Part shown: positions 40,932 through 50,696 of the stretch, in pieces
How positions within the stretch are numbered: position 1 is the first letter of the stretch
Layout of the letters: the number at the start of each line of letters is the position of its first letter
Program-made: the position numbers and the translations under genes
NCBI GenBank assembly: GCA_963711835.1
Contig: CAVQFQ010000012.1
Location: 83,776-147,775 of the forward strand
Length of the DNA: 64,000 nt
Source of the DNA: an uncultured delta proteobacterium
Lineage (GTDB): Bacteria; Desulfobacterota; RBG-13-43-22
Reading direction: 5' to 3'
Notes under the pieces: model-generated
What the model saw: only the letters and a program-made list of their open reading frames with translations
Told to the model about the DNA's origin: nothing
The model's database searches: none

Positions 40932-42194
40932 TTACTTGGCGGCGGCCCTTTCCGCCTGGATTTGTTCGCAACTCGGCATGGTGGGCGGGCCCGGGATAGT
41001 GGTAATATCTTTTAAAACGAACCAGGGCCATTTGGGATCCTTGACGGTTACCCCGACGGCGATCCCGTAGTCGGATTGATGATCGCATTTCCGGATGGCG
41101 ATGGTCTTAGACGGAGCGATGGTTTTGACGGAAATCCCTTCCAGGGCGCTGATCAGGGCCTCAGTGGCCACCGTTCCGGCCTTTTCAATCCCGGCTACGA
41201 TAAAGCTGCCGGCGTTATAGCCCAAAACGGAATAATCGGAGGGAAACCGGCCCATTTTAGCCTGGTAGTTTTCGTAAAAGGCCTTGTTTTCGGGCGAACC
41301 CGGGTAGTCGAAGGGCGCCTCGGACAGGACATACACGCCTTCCACCATTTCCTGACCCATGGGTCTCAGGAGGGGCATCCCCCAGAAGAGGCCTACGACC
41401 TTTATTTTGCTGAAGAAACCGTAGCCTTTGGCCTGCTTGATGAAGGTCATAGCATCGGTGCCCCACAGGCTGGTGTAGACGATTTCCGGTTTGGCCGTCA
41501 TCAGGGCGGTGATATAAGGGGTATAATCCGTAGTTCCCAATTTGGGCCATTGTTCGGTTACCAGCGTGAACCCGGGTTTCATGGCCTTCATAGCCTTGGA
41601 AAAGGCCGTAGCCTGGTCCCGGCCATAGGCGTAGTCCGGGTGAATATAGGCCCACTTGGTATACGGTTTGTCCTTAAAATAATTGGCGGCGGCATGCCCG
41701 TTCATCCAGGTATTTCCCGAACTTCTAAAAACGTAGGGGTGTCCTTTGGAACCGGTGACGTCATCGGCCCGGGCATCCCAGACCCAGTAGAGGACCTTGT
41801 TTTCCTTCGCCCACTGAGACAGGGCCAAGGCACAGGCGCTGCTGATGCCGCCAACCAGGAAATCACATTTTTCTTCGAACATGAGTGCCTTGGCATTCTG
41901 AACAGCGATGTCGGGTTTTAGCTTGTCGTCTCGGACGATGATTTCAATTTTTCGCAAGCCTTCTTTGGTTTTCACGCCTCCCTTGGCATTGACCTCTTCG
42001 ATCCTGGCCTTGAACCCCTCCACGTCATCCAATCCGAATTCCGAGACCATCCCGGAAATGGATTGAACGACCCCGATCTTGATCGGGGGAGGAGCCGCGT
42101 TTCCCTGACTGCTGCTGAAAACAAAAATACCTGCCACCAAGATTATGAACCAACCAAAAGACTTCCACCCTCCCCTGCCTTGTGAAGACTTCAT
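40932..42194 (-). CDS. livK: LIV-type substrate-binding protein
   Basis: Signal peptide, PIKIG, RDDKLKP, DYAYG, GTTDYTPYI, RKCDHQ. Confidence 0.92.
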   Translation of the reverse strand: MKSSQGRGGWKSFGWFIILVAGIFVFSSSQGNAAPPPIKIGVVQSISGMVSEFGLDDVEGFKARIEEVNAKGGVKTKEGLRKIEIIVRDDKLKPDIAVQNAKALMFEEKCDFLVGGISSACALALSQWAKENKVLYWVWDARADDVTGSKGHPYVFRSSGNTWMNGHAAANYFKDKPYTKWAYIHPDYAYGRDQATAFSKAMKAMKPGFTLVTEQWPKLGTTDYTPYITALMTAKPEIVYTSLWGTDAMTFIKQAKGYGFFSKIKVVGLFWGMPLLRPMGQEMVEGVYVLSEAPFDYPGSPENKAFYENYQAKMGRFPSDYSVLGYNAGSFIVAGIEKAGTVATEALISALEGISVKTIAPSKTIAIRKCDHQSDYGIAVGVTVKDPKWPWFVLKDITTIPGPPTMPSCEQIQAERAAAK

Positions 42195-42289
42195 AAATTC
42201 CTCCTTTTCGCTTTGATGAATCAACTCGTTGCCTGTTTCCCAGAAATTCCCAATCTATCCATCCTGGCCGCTATCCCCCCTCTCCGATG

Positions 42290-42716
42290 ATAAAATTGCC
42301 CGGTTGGCGCCTCCCATCGGCCCCTTACGACTTGGGTGCTTGGAGCTGTCTGGCCGGGGATTTCTTAAGGTCTTGCGACTGGTCCAACTCCGGATTGATA
42401 CCGGCGGGCGGCCTCAAAAACGTTCCCGGTGCTGAGGGCGTTGACCTGAAGGGCCTGGTAGGGATTGGCCTCTCCTTCGGCCGTCAAGGTATAGGCCACA
42501 TGAACAATCCGTTCAATTCCAGGTTCCCGGACCGCTCTCAAGACATCGGAAAAAATCCGTATGTCCCCTTTAGATAAATGAAGTCGACCGCCGGTTTCCT
42601 GAAGGTCAAAGGAAGGGGGTCGGGACATGATCGCCACCGAATGGTTTTCCGCCAGAAACCTACTCAGCAGTCTACCCGATGAAACCGCTTCCTCCTATAA
42701 CCAGTACTTGCCTAAT
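42290..42716 (-). pseudogene. Decayed NAD-dependent epimerase/dehydratase
   Basis: RQVLVIGGSGFIG, then a frameshift into ...KGDI...IVHVAY.L....EANPYQALQVN..ST.NVFEAAR; truncated. Confidence 0.7.
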
Positions 42717-42719
42717 CGT

Positions 42720-43030
42720 TCCCCTATTTCCGCCGGTGTATGTTGATTTTTTTAAAAAAAAGGGAGGGGAAAATTTAACTACTATCAAAAATTTATAACA
42801 ATTCTAATATAATATAATTTTGAAATTTTTTATCAATAAACTGAATTTTTGTCAATAATTTATTTTTAGAGCAATTTAAAAATAATGAACAATTAAAAGG
42901 ACGATGATCAACAAAATATTTAACTTTTTGAAAAATAATAATTTTTTTAATATAATATTCTTTTGATTGACTTTTTTTACCGAGACGTTTTATTAAAAGT
43001 TAACCAAATATTTAAATTTTCTTAAGGACT
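42720..43030. promoter_or_regulatory. AT-rich divergent promoter region
   Basis: Very AT-rich; TTGACA on the minus strand near 42850 and TTGACT on the plus strand near 42967; shares a 19-bp motif with 33826-33844. Confidence 0.55.
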
Positions 43031-43038
43031 CGCCATTT

Positions 43039-43581
43039 TTGGAATCTATCGGGAAGAAGATCAGAACACTGCGGAAAAACCGGGGACTGACCCTTAAAAA
43101 GGTCGCGGAGGTGGTAGGATGTACCCCTTCCTACCTTTCTATGGTGGAAAACGATAAATTGGACCCGTCCACCTCGAGACTCAAACAGATTGCCGACGCT
43201 TTAGGTTCCACGGTGGTGCAGCTCTTCCCCGATCAAGGTCAGGACGATATAATCCTCCGGTACAAGGATCGACAAAAGGTGAGCGTTTCCGGTTCGAAAT
43301 TATTGTTCGAGATATTGATCCATCAAGATCCGGATAAAAAAATGGATGCCCGTCTGGCGACCATTTATCCGGGAGGCGGCTCGGGCGGGAGTTACACGCA
43401 CAACGGGGAAGAATTCGGTTTTATACTCAAAGGGACACTGGAACTGACCGTGGAAAACAAAACCTATATCCTGCAAAAAGGGGATGCCTTTTATTTCCAT
43501 TCCACCAAGAGCCACCAGTTTCACAACCACGGGGACGAAGAGGTCGAGGTTCTCTGGGTAAATCATCCGCCATCCTGGTAG
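43039..43581 (+). CDS. XRE-HTH + cupin transcriptional regulator
   Basis: IGKKIRTLRKNRGLTL...SYLSMVEN...PS; HNGEEFGFILKG...GDAFYF.S...H. Confidence 0.93.
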   Translation: MESIGKKIRTLRKNRGLTLKKVAEVVGCTPSYLSMVENDKLDPSTSRLKQIADALGSTVVQLFPDQGQDDIILRYKDRQKVSVSGSKLLFEILIHQDPDKKMDARLATIYPGGGSGGSYTHNGEEFGFILKGTLELTVENKTYILQKGDAFYFHSTKSHQFHNHGDEEVEVLWVNHPPSW

Positions 43582-43719
43582 GCGGCCGGAAACCTTTCGG
43601 ATGCCTCTCAAGAGGAATATTGGAACCCGGCAACGAAGTCACGGGAGGGATGGGGAAAATCCCCTGGAGCCGTCCCCTCACCGGCCTTGAGCGGAACATT
43701 TTTCAAAAGGAGAAGGATT

Positions 43720-44482
43720 ATGCTGGATCTCTTTGACTTAACCGGAAAGGTGGCCCTGGTCACCGGGGCCTCCAAGGGGCTGGGAAAGGCCTTGGCCAGA
43801 GGATTGGCCAAAGCCGGGGCTGATCTGGCCCTGTGTGCCAGAAACCTGGATGAACTGCAGCAGACCAAAAATGAAATTGAGCAACTGGGAGTCCGGGCAG
43901 AAATATTTCAAATGGATGTCCTAAATAAAGGAAGCATTCAGAAAGCAGTCCTCTCTGCCCTGGGAACTTTTAAGCAAATCGATATTCTGGTCAACAACGC
44001 CGGGATCAATGTCCGTAAACCGGTTTTGGAAATCCAGGAAGCGGAATGGGATCAGGTGCTCAATACCAACCTCAAGGGCTATTTTCTGGTCGCCCAGGCG
44101 GTAGTTCCGAATATGATCGAACGCCAAAAAGGGAAAGTCATTAATATGGCTTCCATCTTGGGGGCCGTGGGGCTTGAAAATCAATCCCCCTATGCCTCCA
44201 GCAAGGGCGGGGTGATCCAGTTGACCAAGGTCATGGCCCTGGAGTGGGCCCGCCATCATATTACATGTCAACGCCATCGGACCGACCTATTTTGAAACCC
44301 CGCTGGTGGCCGCTCTGCGCAATGATCCGGAGCGCTTCCGATTCATAAACGAGCGGACGCCCATGGGCCGCTGGGGGCAGCCCGAAGAGCTGGAAGGGAC
44401 GGTAATCTTTCTGGCCTCCAAGGCCGCCGACTTCATCACCGGACAAACCATCTTTGTCGACGGTGGCTGGACGATCTGGTGA
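43720..44482 (+). CDS. Short-chain dehydrogenase/reductase (gluconate 5-dehydrogenase/KduD-like); frameshift near 44265
   Basis: TGASKGLG, NNAG, YASSKGG; second frame ...RTPMGRWGQPEEL...FITGQTIFVDGGW. Confidence 0.9.
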
Positions 44483-44488
44483 GACAAG

Positions 44489-44866
44489 AAATTCGAAATC
44501 CGAATTTCGAAATCCGAAACAAATCCAAATGACCGAAAATCAAAATTCAAAACAATACGACTTGGAAGACCGTACTCTTCTGTTTGCAAAAAAGGTGAGG
44601 AAATTTATAAAAGAGCTGCCAAAAACAATAGCAAATATCGAAGATGGAAAACAACTTATCAAATCCTCCGGATCCGTTGGAGCAAATTATATTGAAGCCA
44701 ATGAATCTTTGAGCAAAAGAGACTTTGTCCTGAGAATAAAAATCTGTCGCAAAGAAGCGAATTAGAGTATGTCGGCTTACTGGGTATAAACATTATTTTG
44801 TTTTGGTCATTTGAATTTTTGATCATTTGAATTTGTTTCGGATTTCGTGCTTCGATATTCGGATTT
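44489..44866. repeat. 7-mer periodic palindrome, copy C, carrying a four-helix-bundle gene
   Basis: Left arm 44489-44555 and right arm 44797-44866 match copies A and B. Confidence 0.85.
44529..44765 (+). pseudogene. Four-helix-bundle (23S IVS protein / bAvd-like) protein, C-terminally truncated
   Basis: YDLEDRT..FA...QLIKSSGSVGANYIEANESLSKRDF..RIKICRKEA, then TAG before the usual ES.YWL helix. Confidence 0.85.
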
Positions 44867-44884
44867 ATCTTTGGAGGGGAAATT

Positions 44885-46402
44885 ATGTTGATATTTGAGA
44901 TGCTCCAGGCCAGCGCCGAAAGACTTCCCGATAAAATCGCCTTGATCTGCGATGACTGGAGACTGACTTATGCAGAGTTGGAAACCGGCGCCCTGTCGTT
45001 GGCCTGCCATTTTCAGAAGCTGGGCATCAAAAAGGGTGACCGGGTCGCCCTGCTTTTCCCCAACTGCAATGAAATGGCCCTGGCCTATTTTGCCTGCGCC
45101 GCCATCGGCGCCATATCCGTTCCTCTCAACAACCGGCTGACCGGCAAGGAATTTACCTATATTGTCAACGACTGCGGGGCTTCCCTGATGGCCGTTGGGT
45201 ACCAGTTCTGGGAAATTTCCCAGCAGATCAAGGCCGAACTGCCCTTGGTAAAGAATTTTATTTATGCCGGAGAGGAAAAGAAAAGCGGGGCCCTCTATTT
45301 TCAAGATCTCCTAAACGAAAAGACCTTGCCGGACATTCCTCCATTAATCCTCGATGATACCGCTACCATCATGTACACCTCAGGGACCACCGGTTTGCCC
45401 AAAGGGGCCATGATGAGCCATCGCAATATTTTCGCCAATGCCCGTAACTGTGGGGCGATGCTCACCTACAAGGAAACAGACATCACCCTGATTGTCGTTC
45501 CCCTCTTCCATGTAACGGGACTCAACAGCCAACTGGTGGCCTTCCTATTTATCGGAGGGACCTGCGTGATCATGAAGGCTTATAAAACCGCTGACATGAT
45601 TGAGGCCATAGAAAAACACAAGATCACCGTACTTTTCAATGTCCCGACTATGTATGTCCTGATGCTCATCAGTGAGGCAATCAAGGAGAGGGATATCTCA
45701 TCGGTACGGATGGCCGCCTATGGAGGGGCCCCTATGGACCGAGAGACGATTCTGGAGCTAAAGAATAAGTTCGGCATGGACCTCTATAACGCCTATGGTC
45801 TGACCGAATCCTCTTCTCTGACCACTGTTTTGCCGGCCTGTGATGCCGTCCGTAAGGCCCCTTCGGTTGGACTGCCCGTCCCCGGGATTCAACTTAAATC
45901 CATCGACGGGGAGAACAAGGAGGTGCCTCCCGGTGAACCCGGCCAACTGCTGATCAAGGGCCCCAATATCGTCAGGAGCTATTATAACAAACCGGAGGTC
46001 ACCCAGAAATCCATTATTGACGGCTGGCTGTATTCTGGAGACGTCGCCCGGATCGACGATGAAGGCTATGTCTTTATCGTGGACCGAATGAAGGACATGA
46101 TCGTCCGCGGCGGGGAAAATATTTATTCCATTGAAGTGGAGTCGGTCCTTAACTCCCACCCCAAGGTCCTGGAATCGGCGGTCGTTCCCGAACCGCACCA
46201 CATCTTCGGCGAGGTGGTCCGGGCCTGTCTGGTCCTGCGGCCCGAAACGGAAGCCACGGTCGAGGAAATCCTGGAATACTGCCGGCAGCACCTGGCCGAC
46301 TTCAAAGTGCCGGCCCGGGTCGTTTTTCTTCCCGAACTGCCCCGCAATCCCGGGGGCAAGGTGGTCAAAAGCCAATTAAAGGCCCTGAAGGTGGAAGCTT
46401 AG
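44885..46402 (+). CDS. Acyl-CoA ligase
   Basis: YTSGTTGLPKG, YGLTESS, WLYSGD, DRMKDMI.RGGENI, PRNPGGK. Confidence 0.95.
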   Translation: MLIFEMLQASAERLPDKIALICDDWRLTYAELETGALSLACHFQKLGIKKGDRVALLFPNCNEMALAYFACAAIGAISVPLNNRLTGKEFTYIVNDCGASLMAVGYQFWEISQQIKAELPLVKNFIYAGEEKKSGALYFQDLLNEKTLPDIPPLILDDTATIMYTSGTTGLPKGAMMSHRNIFANARNCGAMLTYKETDITLIVVPLFHVTGLNSQLVAFLFIGGTCVIMKAYKTADMIEAIEKHKITVLFNVPTMYVLMLISEAIKERDISSVRMAAYGGAPMDRETILELKNKFGMDLYNAYGLTESSSLTTVLPACDAVRKAPSVGLPVPGIQLKSIDGENKEVPPGEPGQLLIKGPNIVRSYYNKPEVTQKSIIDGWLYSGDVARIDDEGYVFIVDRMKDMIVRGGENIYSIEVESVLNSHPKVLESAVVPEPHHIFGEVVRACLVLRPETEATVEEILEYCRQHLADFKVPARVVFLPELPRNPGGKVVKSQLKALKVEA

Positions 46403-46426
46403 GCCCGGGGCTGGAGTCTTCCCGAA

Positions 46427-46906
46427 TCAGGCGGCCTTTTGGGGAAGGAGCCGGGTATCCGGAGCAGGCTTGGGTTTATACGGCATGGGGCGGATCCGGT
46501 CTCCGGGGGTGCCTTGATAGGTGCCATGCTCATATACATACCGTCCCGCTTCCTTGCTTCGATCGAAAGGGACCTTAAAAATATAAGCCGGACCGTTGCC
46601 GAAAAAGGCCGCCGAGAAATAGTCGGATTCCCCTTCGGTCCAGTGTTTTTTATAAATGACGCCCAGGCCATCCCTGTCCTGCTGTAACACCGCCAAGCCT
46701 TCTTCGGTTTCAATCAGGAAAAATTGAGAACCTTCCGGGAAACTTCCCTCGGGAACATAGGTAATGACTATTTTTCCTGGGGTATAGTTTTTGACCACCT
46801 TGCCGCCGATCAGCAAAGCCGAGCCTATGGTAGTACAACCGTTTAGGACCAAAAAAGACCAGAGTAAAAAAACAACCGTGCCTAACCAGACTTTTCCATT
46901 TTTCAT
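46427..46906 (-). CDS. Hypothetical lipoprotein
   Basis: AGGAG RBS, signal peptide with lipobox LNGC. Confidence 0.7.
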   Translation of the reverse strand: MKNGKVWLGTVVFLLWSFLVLNGCTTIGSALLIGGKVVKNYTPGKIVITYVPEGSFPEGSQFFLIETEEGLAVLQQDRDGLGVIYKKHWTEGESDYFSAAFFGNGPAYIFKVPFDRSKEAGRYVYEHGTYQGTPGDRIRPMPYKPKPAPDTRLLPQKAA

Positions 46907-47045
46907 TCGAAGCTCCTTTTAGAATGCCCGTATTTTTTGAATTCCGATGGCCGGGGCATTTAGAACGCCGAACCTATACCGATCATTTCCAAAGGTCAAG
47001 TTTTTTTCTCATAACCAAATCGATTCCCCTGTTTCAAAAAAAAGG

Positions 47046-47088
47046 GGGGTCAAACCTTAAGGGCCTGTTGCCCCTAAGATTTGACCCC
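47046..47088. repeat. Mini hairpin made of the two RAYT-element termini
   Basis: GGGGTCAAACCTTA...TAAGATTTGACCCC; same ends as 57310-58435. Confidence 0.75.
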
Positions 47089-47404
47089 TTTGTCTCGGGT
47101 GGTCTTTTTGTCGGAACTACCCCGGAATCCGGGAGGAAAGGTAATCAAGGGCCTGAGGGAATTGGAGGTATAGGCGAGAGGCACCCAACCTCTCCCCCAA
47201 CCGCCAGGCTTTCCGTCCACTGATCTTTTTTAATTGGAACGAAATATCGATTGGCTCGCCCCAACACTAATGTCCAAATCATTCTTAAGAGTCAAGAGCA
47301 GACCCCTTTATTACTTTCGATGAATTGACATTTCTCCAAGGCTTTGCGGAGTTCCTTTTGGTATGCTTTTTCCAACTTAATGGACATTTGATCATCCTCT
47401 TTAT

Positions 47405-47471
47405 TCAGGCACACGGAGCTAACCCGGAGTGGCCCGCCAGGGACACGATCGGGTTCAGCGCCTTGTTAGCC
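47405..47471 (-). other. attC site (R' box decayed)
   Basis: Minus strand GGCTAAC-AAGGC-GCTGAACC...GGTTAGC-TCCGT-GTG; the GNAT stop codon lies inside R''. Confidence 0.7.
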
Positions 47472-47973
47472 GTTTGCAGCAAAACCTTCATGGAACACCA
47501 CAGTACCATGAATCTTGTTCTCCTCGAACGGCAATGCGAGAAAGTACTGTGGTGGAACGCCGTCAATAACCAAGTCCGGGAGACTTCTAAAGCCAAACCG
47601 TTCATAGTAGCCCGGATCTCCCACCAGTACGCAGCCTTTTGCACCCAATGTCTTTAGCAAGGAAAGACCTTCACGCATCAGGGATTTTCCAATACCCTGC
47701 TTCTGTAATTCCGGCAAGACAGAGATGGGACCAAGACCATACCAATCAGGGCTACCATCGGAAATGGTCACAGGCGAGAAACGCTATGTGGCCTACCACC
47801 TTCTTCTCAGCTTCTGCAACCAGCGAAATCGTGAGTGCTTTCGCATTTCGTAATGCATTGATAATGAACTGTTCCGTGTGGTTGCTAATTGAAAGATTCT
47901 CAAAAGCTGCTTTCGTGATCTCCGATATCGCGTCGATGTCCGACTCGTTTTCATTGCGGATAATAATGTTCAT
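47466..47973 (-). CDS. GNAT N-acetyltransferase (YhbS-like) gene cassette; one frameshift near 47775
   Basis: IRNE...HTEQFIINALR...VVGHIAF / LGPISVLPELQKQGIG...LVGDPGYYERFGF. Confidence 0.9.
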
Positions 47974-48006
47974 GTCCAATTTTCACCTCGTGCATTATGT
48001 ACTGAC

Positions 48007-48096
48007 GGCTAACGCGGCGTTGACCCGTGGCACACAGCTTGCGGGGCCGGAGGCCATGCAAGCAAGTGACATCGGTGTCCAATGGCCTGGTTGGTG
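48007..48096 (-). other. attC site of the repeated ORF-less cassette
   Basis: Minus strand CACCAAC...GGTCAAC-GCCGC-GTTAGCC; R' GTTAGCC is the exact complement of the GNAT cassette R'' GGCTAAC. Confidence 0.8.
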
Positions 48097-48173
48097 CCGC
48101 TGCGGCGGCGCCGACCGGGACATGGATCCGATAGGGGCAACGCCGCATTGGCGACGACGCAGGCGGCGCCAAC
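48007..48173 (-). repeat. ~165-bp repeat copy 1 (ORF-less cassette + attC)
   Basis: Near-identical to 48882-49050 and 50559-50696. Confidence 0.9.
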
Positions 48174-48224
48174 GGTTATTTTCAGCGGCGGCTACAAGAC
48201 GTCCGCTGGATTGCTTTGTTGGGC
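48167..48224 (-). other. attC site (58 bp)
   Basis: Minus strand GCCCAAC-AAAGC-AATCCAGCGG...CCGCTGAAA-ATAACC-GTTGGCG. Confidence 0.8.
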
Positions 48225-48299
48225 AATGCTTTTCATTCTCCTCTTTGTCCGTTGTCAAGGGCTGACCCCGCTATCTTGCTCTTTCTATTCAGAAGGACT

Positions 48300-48746
48300 T
48301 CATAGGCCCACCGGCATGTCGTAAGGATGCGGACGGCCTTTGCCCGTCTCGACAAATTCCTTGAGGCTAAGCAGGAAAAGCACCCAGTGCATCGAGGTCC
48401 GAGGGAACATTTTGGCATCCTCGCGCCATTTTGAGTGGCGAAGGTGAAGAAACGTTTTGTCGCCTTCGCGGAAGATTTTCCATTCAATTTCGGTGTTGAC
48501 CCAATCAGGATCGCTCCGCTCAGTTGCGCGCCACCGCACGAGTTCATCAACCTTCAGAGTGGTTACAACCATCTCCTTTAACAATTTCCCATAAAACCAG
48601 AATTCCAATTTCTTCCCGACGGCAGATTCCCCCTGCGTCTCGGTGGTCCACCAATGCGCTAGCTTTTTCACATCGGTCAACGCTTGGTAAAGCTCGCTTG
48701 GGGAAGCTTTGATGATCATTTCATGCCAGATTTCACGATATGCCAT
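48300..48746 (-). CDS. SRPBCC/AHSA1-domain protein in a cassette
   Basis: IKASPSELYQALT....L.HWW...WVNTEI.W...L.LRHS.W...W..FL.SLK..VETGKG.P.P; AGGAGG RBS. Confidence 0.88.
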   Translation of the reverse strand: MAYREIWHEMIIKASPSELYQALTDVKKLAHWWTTETQGESAVGKKLEFWFYGKLLKEMVVTTLKVDELVRWRATERSDPDWVNTEIEWKIFREGDKTFLHLRHSKWREDAKMFPRTSMHWVLFLLSLKEFVETGKGRPHPYDMPVGL

Positions 48747-48881
48747 TGAAAACACCTCCTCTTCTAATGAAGTATGTCAAGCATATAGTTTCAGTCTCTG
48801 TCCGTTAAGACCGTTTGTGTTGTGGCGGCTTCCAGCCTTTTTGACCCCCTTATCTAACCTCTTTTGTTCTCCTGGCCTTAT

Positions 48882-49050
48882 GCCCAATGCGGCGTTGACC
48901 CGTGGCACGCAGCTTGCGGGGCCGGAGGCCCATGCAAGCAAGTGACATCGGTGTCCAATGGCCTGGTTGGTGCCGCCTGCGGCGGCGCCGACCGGGACAT
49001 GGACCCGATAGGGGCAACGCCGCATTGGCGACGACGCAGTCGGCGCCAAC
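48882..49050 (-). repeat. ~165-bp repeat copy 2
   Basis: As copy 1; R' reads ATTGGGC (G to A), otherwise complementary to GCCCAAC at 48218-48224. Confidence 0.9.
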
Positions 49051-49469
49051 AAATTATTAAACAGTTTTCTGGATAATATCAAAAAGTTTTAACATGTTCA
49101 ATGAAATAGAAAATTCTAAAAAGAGTAACCGCTTAAATTTGTTATTTTTATAAGACCGGATAATATCCTTTTTTTACTATTATCCGGTTTCTGTTCAACC
49201 ACCTTTTTTTTAAATGCATAATTCCGCTGATTCAGGCCTTAGTCATTTTCCAAGTCCAACCAATATCAAGGCCTTTTTATCGACGATTACGGTACTCTTC
49301 TATTTTTTCCGAATGGGCGGTTGAGGCTTTCAGGAAAGGAACTCTCAAATTTTCACGAAAATTGCCTCTCTACCCCCAATATAACGATGTCAACAACTAA
49401 ACGGAGTCGGTGCGACTAAAATTTATCGATTACCAATGTAAATGTGCGATACGACCTCACCAAGGTCAT

Positions 49470-49665
49470 TAATCGGATTCTGCTGATAGGGGGGGCAGAT
49501 ATGGTGTCGTTTGCAGGAGAAAGCCAATAAACATTCAAGGTCGCAATTTTTCCATTTTATTTGGTAATGCCATTGAGGAGATTTCCGCAATCCGGATACC
49601 GCTCCATGACCCGTTTGATATGGGACGAAAGAACTAGCATATCCTTTCAAAAGATCCTCATAATT
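49470..49665 (-). pseudogene. IS91-family transposase zinc-binding domain remnant
   Basis: Frameshifted YPDCGNLLNG / IKWKNCDLECLLAFSCKRHHICP, resembling YLDCG.L..GFARV.C..C..E.LLAFSCK.R.FCPSC. Confidence 0.7.
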
Positions 49666-49713
49666 GAGGAGTCAAGTGTGTCGGCGCGACCGACATATCG
49701 GGCCGGTCGCAGC

Positions 49714-50226
49714 TCAGTGTGCGGCAGCGAGAATCGCGTCGGCTTCTTCGACGCTCATCGGCGGCCCGATCGGCGTGAGGTCGTGGGATTTAGCCACGCG
49801 TGCGAGTTCGTCCGTGGATGGAAAGACCGGCTGTGCGGGCACGACGTGCGCCAAGGCTGGTACCCCCAGCTCTCGGATCAAGTCCCGGAAGCTGGCGTTG
49901 TCGTGCACGAGCAGTATGCGCGCTTCACGATCACCGATGACCCGGAAGGTGTGCGGCACCCCGCGCGGCATCGACACCCAGTACCCGGCGCCGACGACCA
50001 ACACGTCGTCACCGCAGCGCACCACCATCTTACCATCGAGGATGTACCAAGTGTCGTCAAGGGAATGGTGTACGTGCAGCGGCGGCGAGGAGTCGACCGG
50101 CAAAGTCATATCGAGCACGACCGTCTCCATGCTGGAGGCGCAACGGTGCTCGACGACGAGGAGGTCGAGGAACCACCATGCCTGGGCATGTTCGTTCTGG
50201 GGACTGTCAATAACTGCTGCATTCAT
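49714..50226 (-). CDS. Cupin-domain protein (quercetin dioxygenase-like), high GC
   Basis: PPLHVHHSLDDTWYILDG...SMPRGVPHTFRV; start ATG 50226 after AAGGAGG. Confidence 0.85.
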   Translation of the reverse strand: MNAAVIDSPQNEHAQAWWFLDLLVVEHRCASSMETVVLDMTLPVDSSPPLHVHHSLDDTWYILDGKMVVRCGDDVLVVGAGYWVSMPRGVPHTFRVIGDREARILLVHDNASFRDLIRELGVPALAHVVPAQPVFPSTDELARVAKSHDLTPIGPPMSVEEADAILAAAH

Positions 50227-50558
50227 GGAAGGGCCTCCTTCTGTGATTTTTAATAAGAATTTCCTTTTAATGGGAAGAGTATAGCATAATGAAAAGACAG
50301 GATAGAGGGGGAAATAGGATGAAATGAAAGGGGCAATGGGTGTCTTCTGAAGAAAATGGGACTCTGCAGGGCTGGACGTTACAAATTGATTACCGTTTGC
50401 AATGGAGTATAAAAAGCCAAAATTTAAAATTAGCCTTACAGGAAGAAGCAAATCGATCTTCCTCACAAGATAGCTCCTCACCCCAATTTGCTCTCCTTCA
50501 CCTACCTAATGTTGAACGAGGAATGAATAAAAAAAGGATGATTACTGGTTGAAAGTGA

Positions 50559-50696
50559 GCATAATGCGGCGTTGACCCGTGGCACGCAGCTTGCGGGGCC
50601 GGAGGCCATGCAAGCAAGTGACATCGGTGTCCAATGGCCTGGTTGGTGCCGCTGCGGCGGCACCGACCGGGACATGGACCCGATAGGGGCAACGCC
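50559..50696 (-). repeat. Repeat copy 3 (shortened)
   Basis: Matches copies 1 and 2 over about 135 bp; R' reads ATTATGC. Confidence 0.9.

Noticed and set aside
44529-44765. Avd-like gene as part of a diversity-generating retroelement
   Set aside because: No reverse transcriptase and no TR/VR pair with adenine-specific mismatches was seen in the window.
47951-49082. Small ORFs spanning the repeated cassette (47951-48172, 47995-48258, 48777-49082)
   Set aside because: Frames and starts are not preserved between copies (indels), there is no RBS, and they run through attC palindromes.
48007-50696. Three long direct repeats as a CRISPR array
   Set aside because: Units are about 140-165 bp, spacing is irregular and gene-sized, there are no cas genes, and attC structure explains them.
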